Shown in pieces: positions 19,771 through 28,358 of a DNA stretch of 64,000 bases. The notes under the pieces were generated by a model. That model worked only from the letters and a program-made list of their open reading frames with translations. It ran no database searches and had not been told where the DNA came from. Made by a program: the position numbers and the translations under genes. Numbering within the stretch: position 1 is the first letter of the stretch; each line of letters starts with the position of its first letter. The stretch spans positions 150,238-214,237 of IMG/VR virus record IMGVR_UViG_3300047548_001122; one strand, given 5' to 3'.

Positions 19771-20434
19771 AATTTTAAAATTAGATGATGGTCCAATTAA
19801 GTATGAGCCAAGTGGCCGTGGACATATTAAGATGGTGGGACATTCTGTGCCATACAGTATTATGCAAAAAGAATTTGATTTTTTACATAATATCATTGTA
19901 GAAAATAATTTACAAAGAGGTTTCGAATTAGCCACAGCATTCGGTATTTCCGGTACAGCAATAGGCACAGCTTTCAAAAAAACAGGTGGAAAGTTTGTAA
20001 CCATGGATGCGTATATTGAAGAGAAGTATGATAACGCAGGAACGTATGAACATTTCCAAAAAGAAGTTTATGAAAAGTCTGATGGATATAAAAGTGTAAA
20101 TTATCTCATAGATAAATTTGAATTAAGAGATACGATGTTTGCTGAAATTGGTTGGTCTCCAGACGATGTTGACAGTATAGTTGGAAAACATTTCACGGAA
20201 AAATTAGATTTTGTATTTTTGGATGCTGGACATTTTGGCGACCAGATGATTAAAGATATTAAAGAAATAAATAAACACTTAGATGAAAAATTTGTTTTTG
20301 TGTTCCACGATATTTACCCTTGGAGTTGCACACAAGAAGTTCATAATCTGTGTATAGAATTGTTTGGAAAAGATATTGATATTAAACTTCCTTATCCGGA
20401 AGGAGAAAATTTAGGCATAATTTCATGTTTATAA
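19760..20434 (+). CDS. Class I SAM-dependent methyltransferase (Methyltransf_24-like)
   Basis: ELATAFGIS, DFVFLDAGH, VFHD. Confidence 0.75.
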   Translation: MLNEILKLDDGPIKYEPSGRGHIKMVGHSVPYSIMQKEFDFLHNIIVENNLQRGFELATAFGISGTAIGTAFKKTGGKFVTMDAYIEEKYDNAGTYEHFQKEVYEKSDGYKSVNYLIDKFELRDTMFAEIGWSPDDVDSIVGKHFTEKLDFVFLDAGHFGDQMIKDIKEINKHLDEKFVFVFHDIYPWSCTQEVHNLCIELFGKDIDIKLPYPEGENLGIISCL

Positions 20435-20889
20435 TTTCACATAGAGCTAATTTAAACGGTCCAGACCCATCAATCGAAAATAAACCTGAATCAATTGTTC
20501 ACGCTATCGATCAGGGATTTTCGGTTGAGGTTGATCTTCGAATGAAAGATCAAAAACTATATTTTGGACATGATGAAGCTCAATATGAAACTGATATTAA
20601 TTTTTTAAAGAAGTACAAACAATATCTATGGATTCATTGTAAAGAAATGGAAACCATGGAGTTTTGTCTTGAACAGGCTCTACACTGTTTCTGGCATAAC
20701 GATGATGATTATACACTGACAAATTACAGATATGTCTGGGCATACCCCGGAAAAGAACCTGTCGGCAAACTAACGATAATGGTGATGCCAGAAAGGCACT
20801 GGAGTCCAGAAGAAACCCTATCAAAAAAACCATTTGGAGTATGCACAGACTACCCTTATGCGTATCAAGATATTATAAATAAGAGATAA
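20425..20889 (+). CDS. Glycerophosphodiester phosphodiesterase-like protein
   Basis: ISHRAN..EN..VEVDL..GHD..WIHCK..GVCTDY. Confidence 0.75.
   Translation: MFIISHRANLNGPDPSIENKPESIVHAIDQGFSVEVDLRMKDQKLYFGHDEAQYETDINFLKKYKQYLWIHCKEMETMEFCLEQALHCFWHNDDDYTLTNYRYVWAYPGKEPVGKLTIMVMPERHWSPEETLSKKPFGVCTDYPYAYQDIINKR
20874..20881 (+). promoter_or_regulatory. T4 late promoter
   Basis: Exact TATAAATA 33 nt before the 914-aa ORF. Confidence 0.7.
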
Positions 20890-20914
20890 AATAACACTGC
20901 TGTAGAGGCGGAGA

Positions 20915-23659
20915 ATGAAATTTAAAGACTTTCTAACAGAAAAGAAAGAAGTACATGCCGTAATGGCCTTTGGGAGAATGAATCCCATAACTTCTGGCCA
21001 CGAAAAATTAGTCAACGCTGTCAAAAAAGTTGCTGCCAAAGTTGGCGGTTCACATATTATCGCACTATCACATTCTCAAGACCCAAAGAAAAATCCTCTC
21101 ACAGCCGCACAAAAAGTCAAATACGCCAAAGGTGCATTTCCTGGCACAAATTTTGTTGCTGCATCTAAAGACGCACCTACATTCTTTGAACACGCCGAAA
21201 AACTATACAAACAAGGTGTAACACATTTACATATGATTGGTGGTTCTGATCGCGTAGAAGAATATAACAAATTACTTCACAAATATAATGGCACACATAA
21301 AGGTGCTCGTTTCAATTTTAAAACCATCGAAGTACATTCTGCTGGTGAACGTGATCCTGATGCAGATGGCGTCGAAGGAATTTCTGCAAGTAAGATGCGT
21401 GAGGCAGCAAGTAAAGGAGACTTTAATACTTTTAAGAAAGGTGCTCCGTCAACAATGTCAGTCGATCTAATGAAACAAATGTATAAAGATGTACGCAAAG
21501 GTATGAACCTTAAAGAAAGTATTAATGAAGAATTTGAAGAACTTTTGATTGAAGGTGTTCACGACAAAGGTATTTTTAAAGCTGTATTTTTAGCAGGTGG
21601 TCCAGGTTCAGGTAAAGATTATGTATTGAGTAATACACTTGATGGTCATGGTTTAACTGAAATCAATTCTGATAAGGCTTTAGAATTTTTAATGGACAAA
21701 AAAGGTCTCGATAAAAGAATGCCTGCAAGTGAAACGGAAGCTAGAGATAAAGTTAGAGCTAAAGCAAAAAATGTTACAGAGCTTCGTCAAAGACTTGCAT
21801 TACAAGGAAGAAATGGACTAATCATTAATGGTACTGGTGATGATGTTGAAAAAGTAACAAGAATCAAATCTAAGTTGGAAGAATTAGGTTACGACACTTC
21901 AATGATTTTAGTGAATACGAATGATGAAGTATCTGCTCAAAGAAATATTGAACGTGGTCAAAGAGGTGGTCGCACAGTACCAGAAACCATTCGTAAAGAA
22001 AAATGGGACAATGTTCAAAATGCTCGTACTGAATATGCAAAACTTTTTTCTAATAATTATATGGAGTTTGATAACTCCGAAGATTTGAGACAAGCTCCTC
22101 CTGATGTTGTTAAAAGTAAAAAAATGGAGATGATGCAACTGTTTAAAAACGTACAACAGTTTGTTGCACAACCTCCTCAATCACCTGCTGCACAAGAGTG
22201 GGTAGCAAATGAATTAGAACAAAAAGATACTCTTAAACCACCAAAAAATGGTGTTGAACAAGTTGTACCACATGGTTCGAGTGCAGCAGAAGAAGCCAGA
22301 AAATTAGGATTACAATATTATGGTTTCGGTAGATATGGTAAAAACGGAAAAACTACACACCGTTCCATTCATGATAAACTTGTACAAGTTACTGATAAAA
22401 AACCAGAACAACCTAAACTACCTACACCTGGTTCTTCACCAATTTCAAACAAAAAAAATGTTTCAGAAGAAATTAATATTGATGAAGAATTTAACGAAAT
22501 GCTTGATTCTTTAGATGAAGATTTACGTAAATGGTTTGACCCAAAACATCCAGAAGGTGGTTGGAAAAGAATTAACTCTAAAGGTGAAGCTATAGGTCCT
22601 TGCGCTCGTGAACCAGGTGAACCAAAACCAAAATGCATGTCAAACGAAAAGAGAGCTAAGTTGAGTAAACAAGAAAGAGCTTCTGCTGTTGCTGCAAAAC
22701 GCAAACATGATCCTATTGCAGATAGATCGGGTAAAGGTGGTAAACCAGTAAACGTTTCCAATTTTGGAAAAGGTAAATTGTCTGAATCTGTAACAGTTTC
22801 AATTACTGGTGATACTGTTGATGAAGTTAAAGATTTCTTCAACACAATGGGATCAAATTTAAATACAACTACAGAACAATATGCATTATCAGATTCCAAA
22901 AAAGAATTGATAACTCTGGGTAAATTTACTCAACCATTTGGTGAGAAAATGGAAAATACCACCATTACAAATGATATGGTTGAAAATATGCTTGAACAGA
23001 AAGAACCTAATTTACTCAAAGACAAGAGTGGTAAAGTTAGGGTATTCATGTTAAGATCGGTAGCGGCTAAAGAAGCTCATACAAGTCAAGGTACAGTTTT
23101 AAAGTATAAAAACGGTTATGTCGTTAAACTAAAAGAGGAGATTGAAGATGTTGAAGTTTATAAAGGAACTATTCGGAATTGGATTGAAGAATCCAGAAAA
23201 ACATGGATTGGAGGGAGCAACCAGAGCACCCAACGAGGACTTCTCACAGAGAGTGGAACAATATCAAACGGAAGTTCCGAAGGTAGAGGAACCGAAAGTA
23301 GAAGAATTGAAAGTGGAGAAACCAAAGAAGAAACAACCATCCAAGAAGCCTGCGAAAATAACTCCACAACCGCAACCAAAAAAATCACCCTCGCAGAAAT
23401 CAAACAGAGGCAGAAAGCCAAACACCAAAAACAAATCGACGAAATAGATCGAGGTATTGAACCTGGCATATCAATGGCTGGTGCTGGCGAAGGCATCGGC
23501 CGTGATATGGGTGAAAAAATTAAAAAAAGGTCACATAAAGTTACTGTTGTTGAATTAACTGGTGATGAAACAACAGCATCTATTGGTGACCAAAAAGAAG
23601 ATGAGTTAAAGAAAAAAGGTATCTCACTAACTACATTTAAAAAGAGAAACTACATATGA
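20915..23659 (+). CDS. Multidomain polyprotein: HIGH-type nucleotidyltransferase + zeta-toxin/PNK-like P-loop kinase + small modules
   Basis: MKFKDFLTE N-terminus; FGRMNPITSGH..GSDR..ISASKMR; LAGGPGSGK..INSD..RGGRTVP; acidic linkers LKESINEE, LLIE, SLDE, KLSE. Confidence 0.8.
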   Translation: MKFKDFLTEKKEVHAVMAFGRMNPITSGHEKLVNAVKKVAAKVGGSHIIALSHSQDPKKNPLTAAQKVKYAKGAFPGTNFVAASKDAPTFFEHAEKLYKQGVTHLHMIGGSDRVEEYNKLLHKYNGTHKGARFNFKTIEVHSAGERDPDADGVEGISASKMREAASKGDFNTFKKGAPSTMSVDLMKQMYKDVRKGMNLKESINEEFEELLIEGVHDKGIFKAVFLAGGPGSGKDYVLSNTLDGHGLTEINSDKALEFLMDKKGLDKRMPASETEARDKVRAKAKNVTELRQRLALQGRNGLIINGTGDDVEKVTRIKSKLEELGYDTSMILVNTNDEVSAQRNIERGQRGGRTVPETIRKEKWDNVQNARTEYAKLFSNNYMEFDNSEDLRQAPPDVVKSKKMEMMQLFKNVQQFVAQPPQSPAAQEWVANELEQKDTLKPPKNGVEQVVPHGSSAAEEARKLGLQYYGFGRYGKNGKTTHRSIHDKLVQVTDKKPEQPKLPTPGSSPISNKKNVSEEINIDEEFNEMLDSLDEDLRKWFDPKHPEGGWKRINSKGEAIGPCAREPGEPKPKCMSNEKRAKLSKQERASAVAAKRKHDPIADRSGKGGKPVNVSNFGKGKLSESVTVSITGDTVDEVKDFFNTMGSNLNTTTEQYALSDSKKELITLGKFTQPFGEKMENTTITNDMVENMLEQKEPNLLKDKSGKVRVFMLRSVAAKEAHTSQGTVLKYKNGYVVKLKEEIEDVEVYKGTIRNWIEESRKTWIGGSNQSTQRGLLTESGTISNGSSEGRGTESRRIESGETKEETTIQEACENNSTTATKKITLAEIKQRQKAKHQKQIDEIDRGIEPGISMAGAGEGIGRDMGEKIKKRSHKVTVVELTGDETTASIGDQKEDELKKKGISLTTFKKRNYI
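23148..23447 (+). CDS. Nested +1-frame Lys/Pro-rich small protein
   Basis: GAGGAG SD 7 nt before ATG 23148; MLKFIKELFG amphipathic start, VEEPK repeats, basic tail. Confidence 0.55.
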   Translation: MLKFIKELFGIGLKNPEKHGLEGATRAPNEDFSQRVEQYQTEVPKVEEPKVEELKVEKPKKKQPSKKPAKITPQPQPKKSPSQKSNRGRKPNTKNKSTK

Positions 23660-24183
23660 AGTCATTTACTCAATTCATAAACGAAGAAGTTGAAATTCTG
23701 GATGAAATGCCTGGTGCCAATATGGACACCAGAGCGGTTCATCAACATCTGAAAAAACAAGGATGGAAATTAACCAGAAGTTCTGGCAATCATGATGTGT
23801 TTACTCATCCAGATGCTAAACATCACATTCCCGTTCCTCGTCACAAACAATTGAAAGCTCCTTTAGTTCGTGGTATCTTAAAACAAGCTAAAGTAAATGA
23901 AGAAGTTGAATTGGATGAAACTGCTGCATGGCAACGTAAAGAAGGTAAAAATCCTGAAGGTGGATTAAACCGTAAAGGTATCGAATCGTATCGCCGTGAA
24001 AATCCTGGTTCTAAACTATCGATGGCTGTAACTACTCCTCCATCAAAACTAAAACCAGGTTCAAAGGCTGCAAAGAGAAGAAAATCCTTTTGTGCAAGAA
24101 TGGGTGGTATGCCTGGTCCAATGAAGGATGAAAAAGGTCGTCCAACAAGAAAAGCATTATCTTTGCGTAAATGGAACTGCTAA
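23656..24183 (+). CDS. Capsid-targeted two-module protein: HicA-family toxin domain + KSFCARM module
   Basis: MKSFTQFINE; LKKQGWKLTRSSGNHDVFTHP..IPVPRH..LVRGILKQA (HicA); EEVELDE linker; AAWQRKEGK..RKSFCARM..LRKWNC. Confidence 0.8.
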   Translation: MKSFTQFINEEVEILDEMPGANMDTRAVHQHLKKQGWKLTRSSGNHDVFTHPDAKHHIPVPRHKQLKAPLVRGILKQAKVNEEVELDETAAWQRKEGKNPEGGLNRKGIESYRRENPGSKLSMAVTTPPSKLKPGSKAAKRRKSFCARMGGMPGPMKDEKGRPTRKALSLRKWNC

Positions 24184-25482
24184 ATGGCACAGTTTAGAAC
24201 CGACAAAAACATTATCGATTCGGGTCAAGTATTTACTCGATATGAGATAATGATGTTATCTGATAGGCTGACACCATCTGGTACAGCCACAGATGCGTTC
24301 GGTCGTTTACGTGTTGCTGAACCACATACTCTTTTTGATTCACAACATCAAGACGTTGAAAATGATAAATGGGATACACTCATTACAGGTTCGGGCACCA
24401 AAACACATTTACCAAATGAATCTGTAATTGCTTTAGAAATTGGTACTGCAAATAACGATGGTATTATTCGTGAAACACTAAGAACAATGCCATACCAACC
24501 AGGCAAATCATTGTTGATTATGAGCACATTTGCTATGGGACAACCAAAAGCGAACGTTGTTCAGAGAGTAGGATATTATGGAGCAAATAACGGAATTTAT
24601 TTTGAAAACGATTCTGGAAATAACTATGTTGTATTAAGAAGTTCTGTTACAGGAAATGTTGTAGAAACTAGAGTTGCACAAACAAATTGGAATGTGGATA
24701 AATTTGATGGTACGGGATATTCGAGTCAGGGAACAGGACCAGAACACGTTGATGGAATAAATGTAAACAAATCAAATCTTTTTTGGATTGATATTGAATG
24801 GCTAGGCGTTGGTGATGTTCGATGTGGTTTTTTGAATGACGGCCTATTAAAAACTGCACACATATTTCATAACGACAATAAAAACAATACAACTTATATG
24901 CGTAGTGCAATTCAACCATTGCGATATGAAATATTTAACAAAGGTGTTACAACATCAAATACGCTGATGCGTCAAATTTGTTCTACAGTCATATCCGAAG
25001 GTGGTTATACACAAATTAATCAATCAAGGTCAGCATCAAATCCTTTGGCTGGTAAAAACTTAACTGTTAGTATTAATAACCCAATGGTAAGCCTTCGGTT
25101 AAAAAATGGTAGAACAAATGCTGTCGTTGTACCTGTTGCAATTGATATGTATGGATTACAAGCAACAGCATTTAAATATAGAGTGTATGAGAATGTCACA
25201 AGTTTAACCGGTCCATCATGGGTTACAACCGACGCCGCAAGTGCAGTTGAGTATGATATATCGGCAACGGCAATGACTGGTGGAACTTTACTTAAAGAAG
25301 GTATTTTCAAAGGATTAGAAGTTGCAAAAGAAGTTAATTTGTTACAACTATTAGATGGTGTTATACAACTAACAAGAAAAATAAATGCAAACACTGGCGA
25401 CATATTCACGGTTGCAATAGAACCAACAACAAACAACGATGATGCTATCGTAGCATTATCATGGCAAGAACACATTAATTAA
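24184..25482 (+). CDS. Probable virion structural protein (beta-rich)
   Basis: DAFGRLRV..YQPGKSLL..EWLGVG..ICSTVISEGG pattern in late region. Confidence 0.6.
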   Translation: MAQFRTDKNIIDSGQVFTRYEIMMLSDRLTPSGTATDAFGRLRVAEPHTLFDSQHQDVENDKWDTLITGSGTKTHLPNESVIALEIGTANNDGIIRETLRTMPYQPGKSLLIMSTFAMGQPKANVVQRVGYYGANNGIYFENDSGNNYVVLRSSVTGNVVETRVAQTNWNVDKFDGTGYSSQGTGPEHVDGINVNKSNLFWIDIEWLGVGDVRCGFLNDGLLKTAHIFHNDNKNNTTYMRSAIQPLRYEIFNKGVTTSNTLMRQICSTVISEGGYTQINQSRSASNPLAGKNLTVSINNPMVSLRLKNGRTNAVVVPVAIDMYGLQATAFKYRVYENVTSLTGPSWVTTDAASAVEYDISATAMTGGTLLKEGIFKGLEVAKEVNLLQLLDGVIQLTRKINANTGDIFTVAIEPTTNNDDAIVALSWQEHIN

Positions 25483-25497
25483 AAATAGGAGACTCAA

Positions 25498-26904
25498 ATG
25501 TTTCAAGACAAACTAACAAGAGAAATTGCTGCAGCTGCTGCACAAATCAAAACAGAACCACCAAAGAATGAAGTTAATTCTGAGTCTGTTGAGGGTGCAG
25601 TCGTTTCTGTTATGACGAATGAAGAACTAAAAGGCAATCAACACAAGATTGATGCTAACAAAAACGGCAAAGTTGATGCACATGACTTTAAACTTCTTCG
25701 TGCCAAGAAAGGTAAAACGGTAGAAGAAGGCATTAAAGGTGCTGGTATAGGTGCTGCTGTAGGTTCTGTTGCTGGTGGACCGATTGGTGCAGCAGTTGGT
25801 GGTGCTTTGGGGCATGTAGCAGGTGAAGTTCTATCAAGTGCTAAGAATAAAACAAAAGCTATGTATCGTATTGCAAAAGGTCCTTCGATGGCCGACAGCA
25901 AAATAAAGAAAGAAGAAGTTGAAGAACTCGATGAATTGTTTGGAAAAGGTAAATTACCAGCAATTGCAGCATATCACAAAGAAAAAGGTGCTGAAGCTAA
26001 AGGTAAGATGGAAACAATTAGAAGTGGTAACACTAAACTTCCTGTTCCAAAATCTACATCTGCTAAAATCTTTTCTAAAGATGCTGAAGCTAAATATCAT
26101 TCAACTCAGGAGAAAAGAGCAAAATCTTTGATGAAAAAAGAAGAAGTTGAATCCGTTGAAGAGGGATTTGGTGATCTAGTTAAAGGTATTAAACGTGTCG
26201 TTGCCGGTAAAAAGAGTCCTAGTGCCGTAAGAGATGCACACTTAGCAAAATCTGCTTTTAGTACAGATCCGAAAGTTAAAGAGCGTGAAGGTCGCCGTTA
26301 CGATAAAGTGGATAACTTCATGATGAAAAAAGAAGAAACGGAATTGGATGAAGCCTTTCCAACTGTAGCTGATGCTAGAAAACGTATGGCTGCAAAAGAA
26401 AGTGGTTTCGAGAAAAAGAAAATTTCTACTGGTACAGTTTACTCACGTAAGTATAAGGCAGAACCAGAAGAGAATGATGAAGCGCCAAAGAAAAAGGCCA
26501 AGACCATGAAAGAAATGTTGAGTATCTATTCAGCAGGTGGCGCCGAAGCTTTGGTAGAAAATCTCATGATCGAAGAACCATCACAAGATGAATATAAAAA
26601 GGAAGTTGAAACTGCTCAGGCAAAAGCTGACGGTAAAATTCGTAACGATAAAGGTATAGCTAAAGCAGCATCACAGGGTGTAAAGATGGAAGAAGTTGAA
26701 ATTGAAGTTCTTGATGCAGATGAAATCAATGGAGTTCAGATTGACAATATTGAAGAGCGCCACATGACTGATGCTGAAATGGATAAACGTGAAGAAATCG
26801 TTAAGTCAATGAAAAAAGGTATTCAAGGTTTCAAAGATCGTTATGGCGATAAAGCAAAAAATGTAATGTATGCTACTGCAACCAAATTGTCCAAAAAGGA
26901 TTAA
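25498..26904 (+). CDS. Modular polyprotein with repeated KKEEVExxxE linkers (putative head internal protein)
   Basis: EF-hand-like DANKNGKVDAHD, glycine zipper and several basic modules separated by acidic linkers. Confidence 0.7.
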   Translation: MFQDKLTREIAAAAAQIKTEPPKNEVNSESVEGAVVSVMTNEELKGNQHKIDANKNGKVDAHDFKLLRAKKGKTVEEGIKGAGIGAAVGSVAGGPIGAAVGGALGHVAGEVLSSAKNKTKAMYRIAKGPSMADSKIKKEEVEELDELFGKGKLPAIAAYHKEKGAEAKGKMETIRSGNTKLPVPKSTSAKIFSKDAEAKYHSTQEKRAKSLMKKEEVESVEEGFGDLVKGIKRVVAGKKSPSAVRDAHLAKSAFSTDPKVKEREGRRYDKVDNFMMKKEETELDEAFPTVADARKRMAAKESGFEKKKISTGTVYSRKYKAEPEENDEAPKKKAKTMKEMLSIYSAGGAEALVENLMIEEPSQDEYKKEVETAQAKADGKIRNDKGIAKAASQGVKMEEVEIEVLDADEINGVQIDNIEERHMTDAEMDKREEIVKSMKKGIQGFKDRYGDKAKNVMYATATKLSKKD

Positions 26905-26906
26905 AC

Positions 26907-28334
26907 ATGAAGAAGATGTCTGACGTTTTCAAATCCATTCGTTTTGCCAAAATGGACCCAAAACACGATAAGCCCGAAATTGGTGGTTCGAAAGATGACG
27001 AGGAACATTATACTGTTGGTGAAAAGGAATATGAACAACAGGTAAAACATGTAAAAAAGCGTGCTATGCAAGAAGAAAAGAAAGACAAATATGATGAAGG
27101 TGAATATGACCGAGAAGGCGATATGGCTAAATCTGATCTTCGTTCTATCATTGCAAATGCAAAAAGATTGCATGATATGATCGAAGATTCGGCTAACCTT
27201 CCTGAATGGGTGCAGTCTAAAATTACTGTTGCTGAAGATTATATTTCTACAGTTGCTAATTATATGACATCAGAAATGAGTGAAGGGGTATCTGATAAGT
27301 TGTACAAATCTCATCAAGATTTGCGTAAGAAGAGTGGGTTACCTCATCCCGATTACTACAAAGCATTAGGTAAATCTTATGACATTGAAGATGATAAAGA
27401 ACGCCTTACACATCAATCTGAATTAAAGAAAAAATATGGTGTGAAAGAAGAGGTTGAACTTGAAGAGTCCTCTAAATTTGCAAAAATTTTTGATAAGAGA
27501 GTCAAACAAAGAGAACTCAATAAATTACCTAAAGAACCAAAAGGTGAATATGAACGTAAAGTGGACAAGTATTTGAAGAAGAAATATAACAAAGAAGAAG
27601 TTGAACTTCAAGAAGGTCGTCCATCACAACGCCATCCATTAGAGGGTCATGAGTATCACAAAAAGTCTAATGAAGAATTGATTGGTATTGCTAAAGATGC
27701 ACATGCGGCTGCTGAAGCAATGAAGGGTCACAGTACCAGAGCAGAAAACAAATATCGTGACCAAGCAAATGATTCTGCAACAGTACGTTATTTCCGACAA
27801 AAGAGTGGTATGCCTGACTGGTACAAAAAGAAGTATGGTCATGTCAAAGAAGGAGTAGAACTTGAAGAGGGTTTACAACAAACTCTTAGAAAAGTTGTTC
27901 CTGGTTATGCAAAGAAACAAATAAACGATAAAATGGACCGTGAAAAGTTTGGTAGAAGAGATGTGGATAAAGACGAGAATTATTATCGTTATAAAAAAGT
28001 CCTCGACAAATTAAAAAAAGAAGATGTTGAACAATTAGAAGAAAAGAATGTTCCAACTTCTCCAGAAAAATGGGCTCAAGCCAAAGCACAAGCAAAGGCC
28101 AAGTTTGACGTTTATCCTTCTGCCTATGCAAATGGTTGGGCTGCAAAGAAATATAAAGCAATGGGTGGTGGTTGGAAATCAGTCAGTGAAGAATCTATTT
28201 TAGAGTCTCGTAAGGCTGAAATTGTCAAAAAGATAGTTAAGAGTAAAAAAACTAATAGTGATGATAAATTTGAACCTAACCCTATCATGTCGAAAGATGA
28301 AGATAGGGGCAGAGATAACATAAATAACAAGTAA
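26907..28334 (+). CDS. Modular polyprotein with repeated KEEVELxE linkers (putative head internal protein)
   Basis: EGDMAKS..LPEWVQSKIT module, HPLEGHEYH module, YPSAYANGW..GGGWK module; four KE(E/G/D)VE(Q)LxE linkers. Confidence 0.7.
   Translation: MKKMSDVFKSIRFAKMDPKHDKPEIGGSKDDEEHYTVGEKEYEQQVKHVKKRAMQEEKKDKYDEGEYDREGDMAKSDLRSIIANAKRLHDMIEDSANLPEWVQSKITVAEDYISTVANYMTSEMSEGVSDKLYKSHQDLRKKSGLPHPDYYKALGKSYDIEDDKERLTHQSELKKKYGVKEEVELEESSKFAKIFDKRVKQRELNKLPKEPKGEYERKVDKYLKKKYNKEEVELQEGRPSQRHPLEGHEYHKKSNEELIGIAKDAHAAAEAMKGHSTRAENKYRDQANDSATVRYFRQKSGMPDWYKKKYGHVKEGVELEEGLQQTLRKVVPGYAKKQINDKMDREKFGRRDVDKDENYYRYKKVLDKLKKEDVEQLEEKNVPTSPEKWAQAKAQAKAKFDVYPSAYANGWAAKKYKAMGGGWKSVSEESILESRKAEIVKKIVKSKKTNSDDKFEPNPIMSKDEDRGRDNINNK
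28319..28326 (+). promoter_or_regulatory. T4-type late promoter
   Basis: CATAAATA before ORF 28359. Confidence 0.5.
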
Positions 28335-28358
28335 AAACAATTTTTAGGAGAAATAAAA

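Larger units (their letters stand above)
23683..28043 (+). repeat. Dispersed 21-27 bp linker repeat (AAA)GAAGAAGTTGAA...GA(T/A)GA(A/G)
   Basis: Copies at 23683, 23899, 25909, 26137, 26329, 27444, 27591, 27846, 28017. Confidence 0.75.

Noticed and set aside
20915-23659. Epsilon/zeta TA system, or a frameshifted/pseudogenised gene at ~23140
   Set aside because: No antitoxin is seen. The main frame is uninterrupted, so the second frame is better explained as a nested gene with its own SD.
23656-24183. Complete HicAB toxin-antitoxin module
   Set aside because: No HicB-like ORF is adjacent or recognisable in the window.
23683-28043. CRISPR array from the GAAGAAGTTGAA repeats
   Set aside because: The repeats are degenerate, in-frame coding and irregularly spaced (about 150 to 2000 bp); no cas genes.
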